Shown piece after piece: positions 38,232 through 48,450 of a stretch of 54,361 nucleotides of DNA (position 1 is its first letter; every line of letters starts with the position of its first letter). The notes under the pieces were generated by a model. That model was not told the DNA's origin. It saw only the letters and a list, made by a program, of their open reading frames with translations, and ran no database searches. A program made the translations under genes and the position numbers. Origin of the DNA: Candidatus Latescibacterota bacterium (GTDB lineage Bacteria; Latescibacterota; UBA2968; GCA-2709665); assembly GCA_963662665.2 (NCBI GenBank), contig CAXXJS010000057.1, forward strand, positions 1 through 54,361. The letters are read 5' to 3'.

Positions 38232-40703
38232 CTACTTGATCAGCACGAAGCTGCCTCGCCGGGTCTCGCCGCCGTCAACAACGACGAAATAATACAGACC
38301 GGTTTGCACCTCGCCGGCAATATTGAACGTGATCTGACGAAACTCGGTCTCGCCCTTGCCGAGCGGGGTCCGGTCCGTTGTTTCCACGCGGTCGCCGGAC
38401 GCCGAGTAAATATGAATGATCGCATTCGCAGTGAGGCCCACGATGCGAAGGTTGCGGGAGTTCGGGTACTGGTGCACGCCGTCCACGTAGTACGGATTCG
38501 GCACGATGAGCACCTCTTCGGGAAGGCTGGACAACAGGGCCTGGAACGGCTTGCGGTTGTCTCCGTCGTATGTCCTCGCCGTAGACGGCCCCCAACCGCT
38601 CTCATACCCCCTTCGGATATTGGCCTGCACGCGTGGACTCGGGATATCGTCGATTGTCATCCCGCTATCCCACGTGTAGGAGTCGACGCCCCTGGCATAC
38701 GGGCGCGCCGAGTAGAAGTAGGAAAAGCCGGCGGTGGTCTCCAGGTCTTCATATTCATAGACGCCGTCGGCATTTACACCCCATTCGCCACGGGGCAGGC
38801 CCGCCGGATTGTTGGAAGACCCGCTGGAACCATTCTCGATGACCCCGTACAGCTCCCAGGGGCCCCACGAGAACCAATTTGACTTATACAGGCGGTAGCC
38901 AAGTATATCCTGCTCCCCCGTATAAGGGTTAACCGCGGATTCGGACTCCCTGCCCCACCTGATCAACTGCTTCGCCTTGGTTGAAGACGTGAGATTGTTA
39001 GCCGAAATATAGGCCTCGGTGGGCGAGGCGGGCACCTGGTAGTTGTTGTCGTAGACCCAGTGGGCCAACTTCAGATTCTCCAGGGCGGCCTTCTCGCCGT
39101 CGGTCTTGACTTTGTTAATCTTGTTCTCCGGGGTCTCGCTCGACCGATCCCATTTCAGAATGCCGATGTCCTGTTCGTTGGCGGGAATTGGCGCGAGCAG
39201 CGAGGGGTGGCCCGCTCCCCAGGAAAACACGAGCTTCACGGACTCGCCCGCCCCCACGTTGTACGGCCCGTACACCGTCATGTCGTGGAAGACCTTGCGC
39301 GTGGAAATATCCCCTTCGTCGGGATTGGCCTGAAAGCCGGATGCCGTTATGGTAGCGGCCAGTTGCGCGGCGGTGTGCGTGGTGTAGGTGGGGTCGTCGA
39401 AGTCACCCGTGGAACGCGCCAGCCACCACTGGAACGAACGCGGCTGCATGTCTTCGCCGGGCTGCACGTATTTGCCGCGGTCGGCCTCGTTGAATGAGAA
39501 CTTCCCCGCGTCGTCGGCATAGGCGAGGGGCGCCATGAAGTAGGTACTCGGCGCTCTCGGCTGGCCTTCGGTCTGCAGGATATTGTAGTTGGAAGGCACG
39601 ATCGCCTTGAAGAACGGATCGCCGGTATCGTCGTGCGAGGAAAACGGGTTATCGGAGTCCCTTCGGATGACCGCACGCATATCCTCGCCAACGAACGCGC
39701 CGTTCGCCGAGAACGCATTCGGATAACCGTCGGCCTCCGTATACCACATGGTGTCGTCCATACCGCGGGCATTGGAGGCGTAGAAGTTCCAACCGAACTC
39801 CTCCAGGATGCCCATCGCCGTCATCGCAGCGACGTTTTTGAACGCAATATAGAGGTTATTGATGGGGCCCGGCATCTCACCCACGCCGTCTCCGTCGAAG
39901 TCCCCGATGTTGGTGAAGGTGAGATCCACAATGTAGAAGTCATCGAAATCCGGATTGGACCAGCTGTATACCCGCCGCTGGGCGAGGATCCCGTTTTGCT
40001 TGTCGATCCACTGGGCGATGATTGTCTCTTCCGGAATGGTGACGTCCACCAGGTTGTGCGCACCCAAATTATAGTTTGCAATGTGGGCGGGCGGGGTTGT
40101 TACCGGATCCCAGTCAGCCCCGTAAAGGCTGCCTAAATCGTCGGAGGTGACCCCGGGCCAGTAATTGGAAAGGGAACCCCCCGCGCCCTGTTCGCCCGGC
40201 GAAATCGCGCTGTTCGCCAACTCCGCAAGTTCCCTCAGCGGATTGGGCTGGCCCCAGCCTTCCTCGGGATTGCCCACCGGATCGTAGGGAAACGCCTGGT
40301 TGTGTTCCACGATCTGCACGTTCTCACGAGGACCGGTTACCGTGACGGTACCCTTGTCGGCGTTGAGGATCCAGATACCCTCACCGCCCGAGACCTTGTA
40401 ATCGTTGTACATCTGGGACTTCTGGTTGGACGTGAACTGGGACAGCACCGCGCCGAAAGAACCCGGCCCGTTGCCGTTCCACGGATAGGCGTTGCGCCTG
40501 TAGCCGCGCCCCCATTCCTGGTTGCCGCCCATGCCGCCGATATTATTGTAACTGTTGGATATCAGCGACCTCAGGTTGAACCTGCTGGATACGTTGTCCG
40601 GGGAGGGTTGCGCATCAACCGGAACCGGCTGAAAAACGACCGCAGCCAGTGCAAGGCAGCCGATGAAAATCAACCCCTTGGCAATGAAATTCATACGTTT
40701 CAT
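38232..40703 (-). CDS. Secreted protein with a T9SS type-A-like C-terminal sorting domain
   Basis: Signal peptide ending VDA-Q, an Fn3-like segment (GYRLYKS...YEYED...G.SYFYSARPY) and C-terminal VLIVPNPY...IHIYSASGD.V...GLYYFVV...GSFVLIK. Start ATG 40703. Confidence 0.82.
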   Translation of the reverse strand: MKRMNFIAKGLIFIGCLALAAVVFQPVPVDAQPSPDNVSSRFNLRSLISNSYNNIGGMGGNQEWGRGYRRNAYPWNGNGPGSFGAVLSQFTSNQKSQMYNDYKVSGGEGIWILNADKGTVTVTGPRENVQIVEHNQAFPYDPVGNPEEGWGQPNPLRELAELANSAISPGEQGAGGSLSNYWPGVTSDDLGSLYGADWDPVTTPPAHIANYNLGAHNLVDVTIPEETIIAQWIDKQNGILAQRRVYSWSNPDFDDFYIVDLTFTNIGDFDGDGVGEMPGPINNLYIAFKNVAAMTAMGILEEFGWNFYASNARGMDDTMWYTEADGYPNAFSANGAFVGEDMRAVIRRDSDNPFSSHDDTGDPFFKAIVPSNYNILQTEGQPRAPSTYFMAPLAYADDAGKFSFNEADRGKYVQPGEDMQPRSFQWWLARSTGDFDDPTYTTHTAAQLAATITASGFQANPDEGDISTRKVFHDMTVYGPYNVGAGESVKLVFSWGAGHPSLLAPIPANEQDIGILKWDRSSETPENKINKVKTDGEKAALENLKLAHWVYDNNYQVPASPTEAYISANNLTSSTKAKQLIRWGRESESAVNPYTGEQDILGYRLYKSNWFSWGPWELYGVIENGSSGSSNNPAGLPRGEWGVNADGVYEYEDLETTAGFSYFYSARPYARGVDSYTWDSGMTIDDIPSPRVQANIRRGYESGWGPSTARTYDGDNRKPFQALLSSLPEEVLIVPNPYYVDGVHQYPNSRNLRIVGLTANAIIHIYSASGDRVETTDRTPLGKGETEFRQITFNIAGEVQTGLYYFVVVDGGETRRGSFVLIK

Positions 40704-40738
40704 ATCCTTCTCTGCCTCCATTCGAAAGCCATATGGAA

Positions 40739-40770
40739 CAGGCGCGCCGGACGAAAGACCGGCGCGCCTG
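40739..40770. other. Perfect 12-bp intergenic stem-loop between the TBDR and the cargo gene
   Basis: CAGGCGCGCCGG-acgaaaga-CCGGCGCGCCTG, 4 nt after the TBDR stop, with no poly-U tail. Confidence 0.7.
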
Positions 40771-40774
40771 GTTC

Positions 40775-43700
40775 TCACCAGTTAATGCGCAGCCCGAACT
40801 GGGCAAGACGCGGCGAATGCGCGTACGTTCGATCGCGGCTGTCGCCGTAATTCAGATAATTCTTATCGTCCGGAGTCGGTCCGTCGAGTCCGATATAGGT
40901 CCACAGGTTTCTGTTCGACGGGCTGGTCCGGTCCTTCTGGTTGAACACGTTCCGGATGTCGGCGAACAGCGTGGGCTGTACCCGACCGGTCACGTTGAAT
41001 GTCTTCTCAACGGCGAGATCGGTGCGCGAATCCAACGCAAGGTCGCGGTAGTACGCGTTTCCGCCTTCAGGCGAGGAATAGTTGAAGATTCCGCCCGTCT
41101 GGATGCGGGAGGTGACGTTCAGCCGCAGATTCTTCAGAACGCCCCCGACAAAGGAGTGGCCGAATTCGAAATCGTCGGGGAACGACGCCAGAAGCGAGAA
41201 ACTCCCGAAATTCCGGCGGTCGCCGCTCTTCGGACGGAAGAACAGGGTGGTGTAGCTGCCCGTGTTGATCTTAACCGAACAGTTCGGGCCGCAGTTCGCC
41301 AGGGCGGGGCTGTCGACCGGCCGGAGGCCGTCCCACACGCCGGTTCCCAACTGCCCGCCTTTCGCTCGCGAACCATCGTGGAAACTCTGGCCCTGCCGCG
41401 CGTATTTGACCAGGTCGTCGCCGGTCAGCCGGCGCGGGGCCTCGCTGCCGTCAGGAAGCGGGTCGAAATAAACCCAGAAATTCGGGACGGTTACGCCGCG
41501 GTCGGTGAACGCGTTGGTTGTGGCGAGGTGCACCACGGTGGCCGAGTCCATGTAGATGTTGCGGATTACGTTACCCAATTTACCCGTAGTGATCTGCGAC
41601 CACTGGTAATTGTAGGCCACGTTGAACGAAAAGTTGTGCGAGAAGGACTTGCGGATAGACATCTCAACGCCGCGGGTGTCGCCGTAGGCGCCGTTGTCCA
41701 GGGTCCGCGAATACGGAATGCCGAAGTCCCTGGGACCGACCCACGTCTCGTTCGGGTAATGCGTGTAGTGATCCACCTCGCTCTTGTAATATGCCGTCAA
41801 CGTCGCGGTGTAGTCGCTCACGAAGTTCCAGTCGGCACCCACCTCAAAGGCCGTGGTCTTTGCGGGTTGCAGCAAATGCAGCCCGTTCTGGCCCGAATAG
41901 GTGGTGCGGAAGTTGTTCAGACGTTCCGTGGCGTCGATCCGGCCGTTCTCGTTCACGTCGCGGTCGCCGGAGTCGCCAGACGTCCAGTAGTCCTCCCCGA
42001 AATAGTACCAGAGGTCGGCCCACTGGAGGAACACGCCAGTGGAGAACCGCATCTGCGACCGCTCCGTGATCGGATGCGAAACACCGATCCGGGGGCTGAA
42101 CTTCACGTGCCAGGGCGCGTCGGTGACCCACTGCGAGCCCTCCTGGTACGCCCAATCGCGTGCGCGGGTATAGTAGCGGAACATGGAGCTTCCGCGGAAC
42201 GCGCCAAAGGTTAACTGGCGCGAGTTCGGGTTGAACGTGTCGAGCCGGACGCCCAGGTTCACGATCATCCCCTGGAACTCCATTTTATCCTGGATATAGG
42301 CGTTGAGGAAGAAGGGCTTTACCTTCTCGCCCATCTGGCCTTCGTTCACGATAAGCCGCAGGTTACGCGCGGCCGGGGTGGTATCATACCGCAGGATCAT
42401 CGTGATGGCGCTGGTCTGGTACTCGACCCCCGCCTTCATGAAATTTCCTTTGGTGATCTGGGACGACAGGTCGACCTTCGCCCCGATGCGCTGCCGGTCA
42501 TACTGGCCATATCGGGCGGCCTGCCGGCCGATGCTGAACCAGCCCGCCTGGTCGCGGAAAATTTCTCCAGTCACATCGTGGGTCCCGCTGACCGTGTCCA
42601 TTTTCGAACGGGAATGCGAAACCCGCACTTCGTAGAAGGTCCTGGGGGAAAGCGTGTGCGTAAACACGGCGTACTGCAGTTCTTCGCTGAGGTCGTTAAG
42701 ACCGGCGGCGGACCATTTCTCGGGTAGGAACAGGTCGCGGCCTGTCCCGCGCCTCATCCCACCGCCGCCACTCCCGTGACGCCCGCCGAAGAGGTCCGGA
42801 TTGCCGTTCGAGTACCAGTCCCAACCCAGGTACATTCCGCCGACTTTCAACTTAAGGTTGGCGGTGGGCTTGAATGTGATGCTACCTGAAACGTTGATAT
42901 TGCCAGGATCGTCCTGGAAGCTCCCGCGGTCATCGTAGAAACCGATGCGCTCGGCCCGCGGGGTGACGGCCGCGTAACGTTCGTGCTTGGCCGTGGCCAC
43001 GAATGACGCCTTGTCTCCAATCGGGCCGGACAGATTGCCTTCGACGCCAAAGCCGGTCCATTCCGTGTAGTTCGTGCGGACGTGAATCAGTTCGCCCGCC
43101 AGGTCCTCGAAAATGGGATTGTTGATCTTGCCGGAGAGATCCGGGTACTTCTCGTTGGCCCAGATGGGGTTGTCCCACATCACCTTGTCCTGGTGCTGCG
43201 GGGAATCGTATACGTTCTCACCCCAGTGCTTCTTTCCTGCGGGTTCGTAGCGGAACTCGCCCCAACCGTTAATTTCACCACCGCCTTCCTTGGTGATGAT
43301 CTGGACCACACCGCCCTGGGCATTGCCGTATTCGGCGGGGGTTACCCCCGTGAGTACGGACAGTTCCTGGATGGCGCCACGGTTCACCTGGCGATAACGT
43401 CCACCGCGCCCGCGGCCGTCATTATGGTTCATCCGAACGCCGTCCACAACGTACGCCACGTCGCTGGCGTACCAGCCGGCGTCCACGTACGCGCCGCGAA
43501 TCCGGTTGGAACCGTCAACCGCCACACCCGGCTGCAACTGCAGCAACTCGGACGTCCTGCGTGCGGCCGCGAGGTTCCGCTCGGTCTCTTCGAGCGTAAC
43601 TGTGTACTTGCTGGTAGTCTTATCCGGTTCCACCAGGGGACGGCCGGCCGTTACCACCAATTCGCCCAGTTCAAGGGCGGTCTCTTTGAGGTTGTAGTTA

Positions 43701-44008
43701 ATGGTGGTGGTATGGTCAGTAGTCACATCGACGCCCGTCTGCGACACGGTTTCGTAACCGATCAGCGACGCAGAGAGTGTATAGACGCCAGGTGAAATAT
43801 TGATGATTACGAAATACCCGTCGGCATCGGCCGTGGAACCCAGATTGAGTTCCTTGATGACGACGTTGGCGCCGGGCAGGACTTCGCCGGCCTGGTCGCG
43901 CACTACGCCATTGACCTTGCCGGTGACACCAGCCTGCAGGTCGCCCGTGCCGAAACATACGGCCGCGATTGCAACCGCGATTCCGAAAAACAGAAGCTTA
44001 CGCTTCAT
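40775..44008 (-). CDS. TonB-dependent receptor with N-terminal carboxypeptidase-regulatory-like domain
   Basis: GVTGKVNGVVRD..GEVLPGANV, plug LQPGV...IRG...VAYVVDG...AEYGNAQGGVV, YIQDKMEF, FSPRIGVSHPIT and C-terminal PRLAQFGLRINW. Confidence 0.93.
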   Translation of the reverse strand: MKRKLLFFGIAVAIAAVCFGTGDLQAGVTGKVNGVVRDQAGEVLPGANVVIKELNLGSTADADGYFVIINISPGVYTLSASLIGYETVSQTGVDVTTDHTTTINYNLKETALELGELVVTAGRPLVEPDKTTSKYTVTLEETERNLAAARRTSELLQLQPGVAVDGSNRIRGAYVDAGWYASDVAYVVDGVRMNHNDGRGRGGRYRQVNRGAIQELSVLTGVTPAEYGNAQGGVVQIITKEGGGEINGWGEFRYEPAGKKHWGENVYDSPQHQDKVMWDNPIWANEKYPDLSGKINNPIFEDLAGELIHVRTNYTEWTGFGVEGNLSGPIGDKASFVATAKHERYAAVTPRAERIGFYDDRGSFQDDPGNINVSGSITFKPTANLKLKVGGMYLGWDWYSNGNPDLFGGRHGSGGGGMRRGTGRDLFLPEKWSAAGLNDLSEELQYAVFTHTLSPRTFYEVRVSHSRSKMDTVSGTHDVTGEIFRDQAGWFSIGRQAARYGQYDRQRIGAKVDLSSQITKGNFMKAGVEYQTSAITMILRYDTTPAARNLRLIVNEGQMGEKVKPFFLNAYIQDKMEFQGMIVNLGVRLDTFNPNSRQLTFGAFRGSSMFRYYTRARDWAYQEGSQWVTDAPWHVKFSPRIGVSHPITERSQMRFSTGVFLQWADLWYYFGEDYWTSGDSGDRDVNENGRIDATERLNNFRTTYSGQNGLHLLQPAKTTAFEVGADWNFVSDYTATLTAYYKSEVDHYTHYPNETWVGPRDFGIPYSRTLDNGAYGDTRGVEMSIRKSFSHNFSFNVAYNYQWSQITTGKLGNVIRNIYMDSATVVHLATTNAFTDRGVTVPNFWVYFDPLPDGSEAPRRLTGDDLVKYARQGQSFHDGSRAKGGQLGTGVWDGLRPVDSPALANCGPNCSVKINTGSYTTLFFRPKSGDRRNFGSFSLLASFPDDFEFGHSFVGGVLKNLRLNVTSRIQTGGIFNYSSPEGGNAYYRDLALDSRTDLAVEKTFNVTGRVQPTLFADIRNVFNQKDRTSPSNRNLWTYIGLDGPTPDDKNYLNYGDSRDRTYAHSPRLAQFGLRINW

Positions 44009-44051
44009 TGTGATACCTCCTTCATTGGGTTGTTACCCCGGCTGCGGCAAA

Positions 44052-44771
44052 TTACCGCCAGAAGTAAAACTTCATCTGCGCGCCGACGTCGACCATGTGC
44101 ATGGGGCGCACTTTCTCAAGGCCGTAGAACAGCATATTACGCAATTCGCCCACAACAAAGTTGTAGCGAGCACGCAGGTCTATGGCAAGATTCTGGGTTA
44201 CGAAACCCTCGACGCCCACACCGACATTTGCGCCGATTGTGTATCGCTGGTCGACCTGGTCTTCCATCACGAAATCCAGATCTACAGGATCGTTTGTCTG
44301 GCGCGAATAAACCAGGTTGCTGTTGATGGCGTAGTAACGATAGAGTCCGCCGCCAACCAGGAAATAATACCGATAATCCCTGGCCTTGAACCCGTGCGTG
44401 GCGTTCTCTTCGCCGACAAACAGCAGGCCGTTCACGATCAGGTTGTTCCACGTGATTTCGGACTTCCCGTTCGGGTGCATGTATTCCTGCTCGTCGATCG
44501 CGTACACCCATGGATCCGAGGCCGGTTTCCCGTTGGTGAATTTCGAGTAGTTGTACTCGATTTCAACAACGGTGCGCTGGCTGGCTACGTAGCTTATGGT
44601 CGCTCCGAATTTGCCAGTGGCGCCCCAGCGCTCGCCGAGCCGATGCATTGGGATGTTGTAGTCGGCGATCCCGCCGACCGCCCATCTACCTTCCTGTGCC
44701 AATGCGCTGTCTGACAAGCCCAATGCGACCAGCGCAAAAACAGCCAGAAAAGCGAAACGCACAACTTTCAT
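44052..44771 (-). CDS. Outer-membrane beta-barrel protein
   Basis: Signal peptide ending ALA-Q, amphipathic strands (YFLVGGGLY, GANVGVGVE, AIDLRARY) and aromatic C-terminus FYFWR. GGAGGTG RBS. Confidence 0.8.
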   Translation of the reverse strand: MKVVRFAFLAVFALVALGLSDSALAQEGRWAVGGIADYNIPMHRLGERWGATGKFGATISYVASQRTVVEIEYNYSKFTNGKPASDPWVYAIDEQEYMHPNGKSEITWNNLIVNGLLFVGEENATHGFKARDYRYYFLVGGGLYRYYAINSNLVYSRQTNDPVDLDFVMEDQVDQRYTIGANVGVGVEGFVTQNLAIDLRARYNFVVGELRNMLFYGLEKVRPMHMVDVGAQMKFYFWR

Positions 44772-44902
44772 CTACTCACCTCCCTATATGAGAGTGAATG
44801 ATGCGGAAACTCCCCTCCGCCCGTCCCCTCGTCCCACGAACGGAATTTGCGAAGCGGACTCCTTTTCTTTCGATAGCCGACCTCCTCTCCTTGGAAAAAG
44901 TT

Positions 44903-44939
44903 TTTAGCCTGTTAGCTGTTAGCCATCAGCAGTCAGCCT
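44903..44939. repeat. Degenerate heptamer tandem repeat
   Basis: ttagcct-gttagct-gttagcc-atcagca-gtcagcc. Confidence 0.5.
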
Positions 44940-45080
44940 TCCCTGCCCTCCCCCTCCAAAGGCCAAAACCAGAGACGGAAGACAAAAGAAAACGGTTAGC
45001 CCCCGAACAGCCCGCCGCCGTGAAACAGATTCAAGAGATTTTCCCAGGACACAATACGCCTGTTTTTCCTTATCCGATGA

Positions 45081-45109
45081 AATTTAGTTGGCCCAATCGC
45101 ATTTGTCAA
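45081..45109 (-). promoter_or_regulatory. Putative sigma70 promoter of the OMP-TBDR-cargo-PorV operon
   Basis: Minus strand TTGACA (45109-45104), 17-bp spacer, TAAATT (45086-45081), preceded by an A-tract (UP-element-like). Confidence 0.65.
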
Positions 45110-45225
45110 GTTTTTTTTCTCGTCACGTAATCGAAAGACCTGCCGGAAACCGAGGGTTGACGCGACGCGAGATCGACACGACGCGTTGTCGGCGCCGGAG
45201 ACCCTCGATGGCCCAAACGCGTAAA

Positions 45226-45254
45226 GACGGATTGCGGCAATGCCGCAATCCGTC
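45226..45254 (-). terminator. Probable intrinsic terminator after GWxTD paralog 2
   Basis: Perfect 14-bp inverted repeat GACGGATTGCGGCA-a-TGCCGCAATCCGTC followed by TTT on the minus strand, 40 bp after the stop. Confidence 0.65.
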
Positions 45255-45294
45255 CGTTAAAACAGAGAAACACTTTGTCGGGTAACGTCCAGAC

Positions 45295-47700
45295 TCAATT
45301 TGCCAGGATCTGAAACCGCCCCTCCCGAAACGTCTGCCGGCCACTCACGAGATCCTTGACCGTCATTCTCACCCGGTAGCGCCCGGGCTTGCCCTTTCGA
45401 AGATCCAACTCGACGTAGTCGGACTCGTAAGGCGAGGTTCCCACCTGCTCATAGCTGACCGAAACCATCTCACCCGACCCCTTTCGGGCAACCGTTTTCA
45501 GCTTCTTCCGTCCCCGCCGCACCTCGTAACCCACCTCGTAACGGGTGTTACCGAACGAATCCCTCGTAAGGTTGTAGATCTCAAAATAGACGAAAACCGG
45601 ATCGCCGGCCCGAAACGCCCGGGACGGCGCCGCGGCAATCTGCCATTTCCCCCGGATCGATTTCGGATCGGAGTCGGTGCGCGCCTCGCCTACGTGATAG
45701 GCCACCTGAAGATCGCTCAGTTGTAACTGTCCGCCATCGTAATCGGGAACTTCGACCTCCTGATGATACGCCTGAAGCCGGTTTGAATTCGTCCTGGACA
45801 TCTGTAACGCCAGCCGATAGGTACCTGGGGCCGCGGTCAGGTCTACACGGTCCACGGCCAACAGTCCCTTCCCTCTGCTTGCCTCGGATACCCGCACGTC
45901 CAGCCGATCCCGCGTCTTCCGCACTTCCTCCGTCCGGTTTTCGATCAGCGCAATGCGCCGATCCAGAGTAACCGTCGTGTCGCGGTCTCCGGACACCAGT
46001 ACGTTATCCAGCGGGAGCCCCAGATTCAGTTGGAGATCCGCAGTGCCGTTTCGCCCCCGGAACGTAAGGGCTTCGTAATAGAATTCCATGGGATCAAGAT
46101 GTGATATATCGTATCGCTCCGGCAGGTCCTTCGAGACTCGTGCGACACGGGCGCCCGGCGACAGGTTGGGCAACCGCGACATCAGGCTGCGCATCGGGCC
46201 CATGCGCTGCATGGCGAGTTCGTTCAGATCGTACCCGTCGGGCGTCGGTTCGGGAGCGAAGTCGTAGACGCCGCTGTACAACTCATCCGTAAACACCACC
46301 TCCAGTCCGTTCGCGATATCCGTGTAAATCCAGACTTCCCAGCCCACCTTCGAGTAATCCATCGCCGTTGTAACCGGTTTGTAGTAGGTTAACCCCACGT
46401 CGATCTCTTCGGGGCCGGCCACCGGCTGGTGACTCGTCCGCCATTCCGACTGGGAAAGCGCCCGTTCGGCAGATCGGTCCGACCGGATGGGATACACCGG
46501 ACCGATGAAGTTCATATTGTGACCTCGTTTGCCGTACAGCTGAAACGCCAGCTTTTCCTGCACCCGCTGCACCTTGAGCGGCACCTGCGCGTTGATCTGT
46601 TTCCAATTCGACTTCCAGTCGGGTTCTCCGTACCTGACGAACACCCGGCCGCGGGCGTCGAATGGCCACTCGATTTCACCGTACAACGTCATCGCCCGCC
46701 AGATGCGTCGGTAGTGTTCCACGCGCCGCATCGCGCCGCCGGAAGTCTGGAACGGGTCGCGCTTCAGCCAGAATCGACTCAGGAACGCCTCCCGTTCTTT
46801 GGGCAGCGTGTTCTGATAGGCCTGGATATCATCGGGTCCGGCCACAATGGAAATGTCATGATAGACCGAACGTGCCTTTCCTGGCTGGAGTGAGATATAC
46901 CGCTCGAACGCCTCCAGGGCCTCTTCGTGATCTCCCCAGGCGGCCAGGACCTGGGATTCAAGCGGCAGCCCCCGCTGAGGACCCATAAGCGACGCAAGGT
47001 CCAGCACCTCGTCGTACCTCCGGATTTCCAGAAGATGCAGCGCGAAGTCGAACGCGGATTCCTCGTCCTCGGGGTGGCGCGAGAGGAATTCCTGGAAATA
47101 CCGGATGGCTTCACTCGTGTTCCCCCGCCACAGGTGGTAGTCGGCCAGCAGCATGTACGACGGCGCATGGTCCGGGTCGAAACGCAGCGCTTCCCTGACG
47201 GAGGCCAGAACCTGCTCTTTCTGGCGCATCTTCAGGTATGCCCGTCCCATCAGTTGATGGGCGTCTACATAGGTGGAATCGATACGAATGGCCTGTTTTA
47301 GGTTCTTCACGGCCCGCCTGGGATTATTCATCAACTCGAGATAAACCCTTCCCAGGCCGAACCGCGCCGCCACCAGCGTGGAATCCTCGATCAGTGCGTC
47401 TCTGAAACGCGACCTCGCCCGTTGTGCGTCCCGCGCCTTCAGATAGAGCATTCCCAGACGCACGCGCAAGAGAGCGGGGTTGGGATACGCTTTCAGTGCT
47501 CCTTCCAACTGTCCGGTCGCCACCCTTACGGAATCGGGGTGGTCGGACTTCATCGCGCGGATGTAGACGGCGTCGATTTCACCGGGCGCCAGCGCGTCGG
47601 CCCGGGCCGATGTCGCCCACCATCCATTAACGGCAAGGACCAAAACAGACAAAAGACCAAGGCACACCAGACTCGCGCGGTCATTTTCAATAAATAACAT
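45295..47700 (-). CDS. TPR + GWxTD-like domain protein, paralog 2
   Basis: Signal peptide ending ARA, TPRs, FWLKRDP....EHYRRI, PFDARGRVFVRYGEPD, WEVWIY and two Ig-like domains. Probable start ATG 47700. Confidence 0.8.
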   Translation of the reverse strand: MLFIENDRASLVCLGLLSVLVLAVNGWWATSARADALAPGEIDAVYIRAMKSDHPDSVRVATGQLEGALKAYPNPALLRVRLGMLYLKARDAQRARSRFRDALIEDSTLVAARFGLGRVYLELMNNPRRAVKNLKQAIRIDSTYVDAHQLMGRAYLKMRQKEQVLASVREALRFDPDHAPSYMLLADYHLWRGNTSEAIRYFQEFLSRHPEDEESAFDFALHLLEIRRYDEVLDLASLMGPQRGLPLESQVLAAWGDHEEALEAFERYISLQPGKARSVYHDISIVAGPDDIQAYQNTLPKEREAFLSRFWLKRDPFQTSGGAMRRVEHYRRIWRAMTLYGEIEWPFDARGRVFVRYGEPDWKSNWKQINAQVPLKVQRVQEKLAFQLYGKRGHNMNFIGPVYPIRSDRSAERALSQSEWRTSHQPVAGPEEIDVGLTYYKPVTTAMDYSKVGWEVWIYTDIANGLEVVFTDELYSGVYDFAPEPTPDGYDLNELAMQRMGPMRSLMSRLPNLSPGARVARVSKDLPERYDISHLDPMEFYYEALTFRGRNGTADLQLNLGLPLDNVLVSGDRDTTVTLDRRIALIENRTEEVRKTRDRLDVRVSEASRGKGLLAVDRVDLTAAPGTYRLALQMSRTNSNRLQAYHQEVEVPDYDGGQLQLSDLQVAYHVGEARTDSDPKSIRGKWQIAAAPSRAFRAGDPVFVYFEIYNLTRDSFGNTRYEVGYEVRRGRKKLKTVARKGSGEMVSVSYEQVGTSPYESDYVELDLRKGKPGRYRVRMTVKDLVSGRQTFREGRFQILAN

Positions 47701-47812
47701 ACTCTTAAGACTCGTGTAATGAACTCGATTCATTATACCTGTGAGGCCAAGCTGACGATGGCTCCGCTCGAATGTGTCCTTCGCGGGTTTCTGCCGAAAG
47801 AACAATCGAGTG

Positions 47813-47845
47813 GACGGGAGATTCTTAGACTGCGCTTAGAATCTC
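47813..47845. repeat. Solo copy of the REP-like repeat seen at 31034-31066
   Basis: GACGGGAGATTCTTAGACTGCGCTTAGAATCTC versus GACGGGAGATTCTTCGACTCCGCTCTGAATGAC. Confidence 0.65.
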
Positions 47846-48079
47846 AAGTCGGCAACCAGCTACGTGAGATCCTCATTTGACGATCGTAGAATGCGGCTGT
47901 TACCACTTTCTCAAAGGAATTTAACGCCCCTTGCCACGCTGACGGCCCACCGCCTATACAGATCATGTTGAATTTGCAGAAAATATATACAAGTGGAAAA
48001 ATAAGGCAATAGTCAGTCTGCCTCCCCAAGCAAATGACCTTGATCCATTTTTTAAAGAATCTGGTTCTGCTACTTGGAT

Positions 48080-48450
48080 CCCCCCGCGGCCTGGATAGCG
48101 CCTTGAGCGTCCCCTCACGACGCGCACGACGCCATTGGGTCAACTGCGAGGAATACAACCCTTCGTGACGCAGCAACGCACCGACTTCAACAGGAGCCCG
48201 GAAGGCGCCCGCATCTTCTCAGGACGAGAAGCTTGTACCGGGCGGTTAAAACGACTCCACTTTGCATGCGCCGTCACCTCCGGATCCGGCCTCGTGGTTG
48301 TGGAGGCCCCGCGCGGGACCTCCACAACCAGAGACCCCTTGCCGCCGTTGTCTCCAACATAGGTTCTTGAATTCACCTCGTGCTCTCATCCCCGCCCAAT
48401 ATACGACGACATTGAACTCGGACAGAAAACTGTCTCACTCGATATTGGCA
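48080..48450 (-). mobile_element. IS3-family remnant (left end plus frameshifted, truncated orfA)
   Basis: Terminal TGCCAATATCGAGTGAGACAG at 48450-48430. Split-frame RPDPEV...RF and LLRHEGLYSSQLTQWRRARREGTL segments are typical of IS3-family OrfA; no integrase ORF follows. Confidence 0.7.

Noticed and set aside
44772-45080. Cobalamin riboswitch upstream of the TBDR operon
   Set aside because: Only GGGAA and GGGAAGG fragments are present; no GCCACTG or B12 box was recognised.
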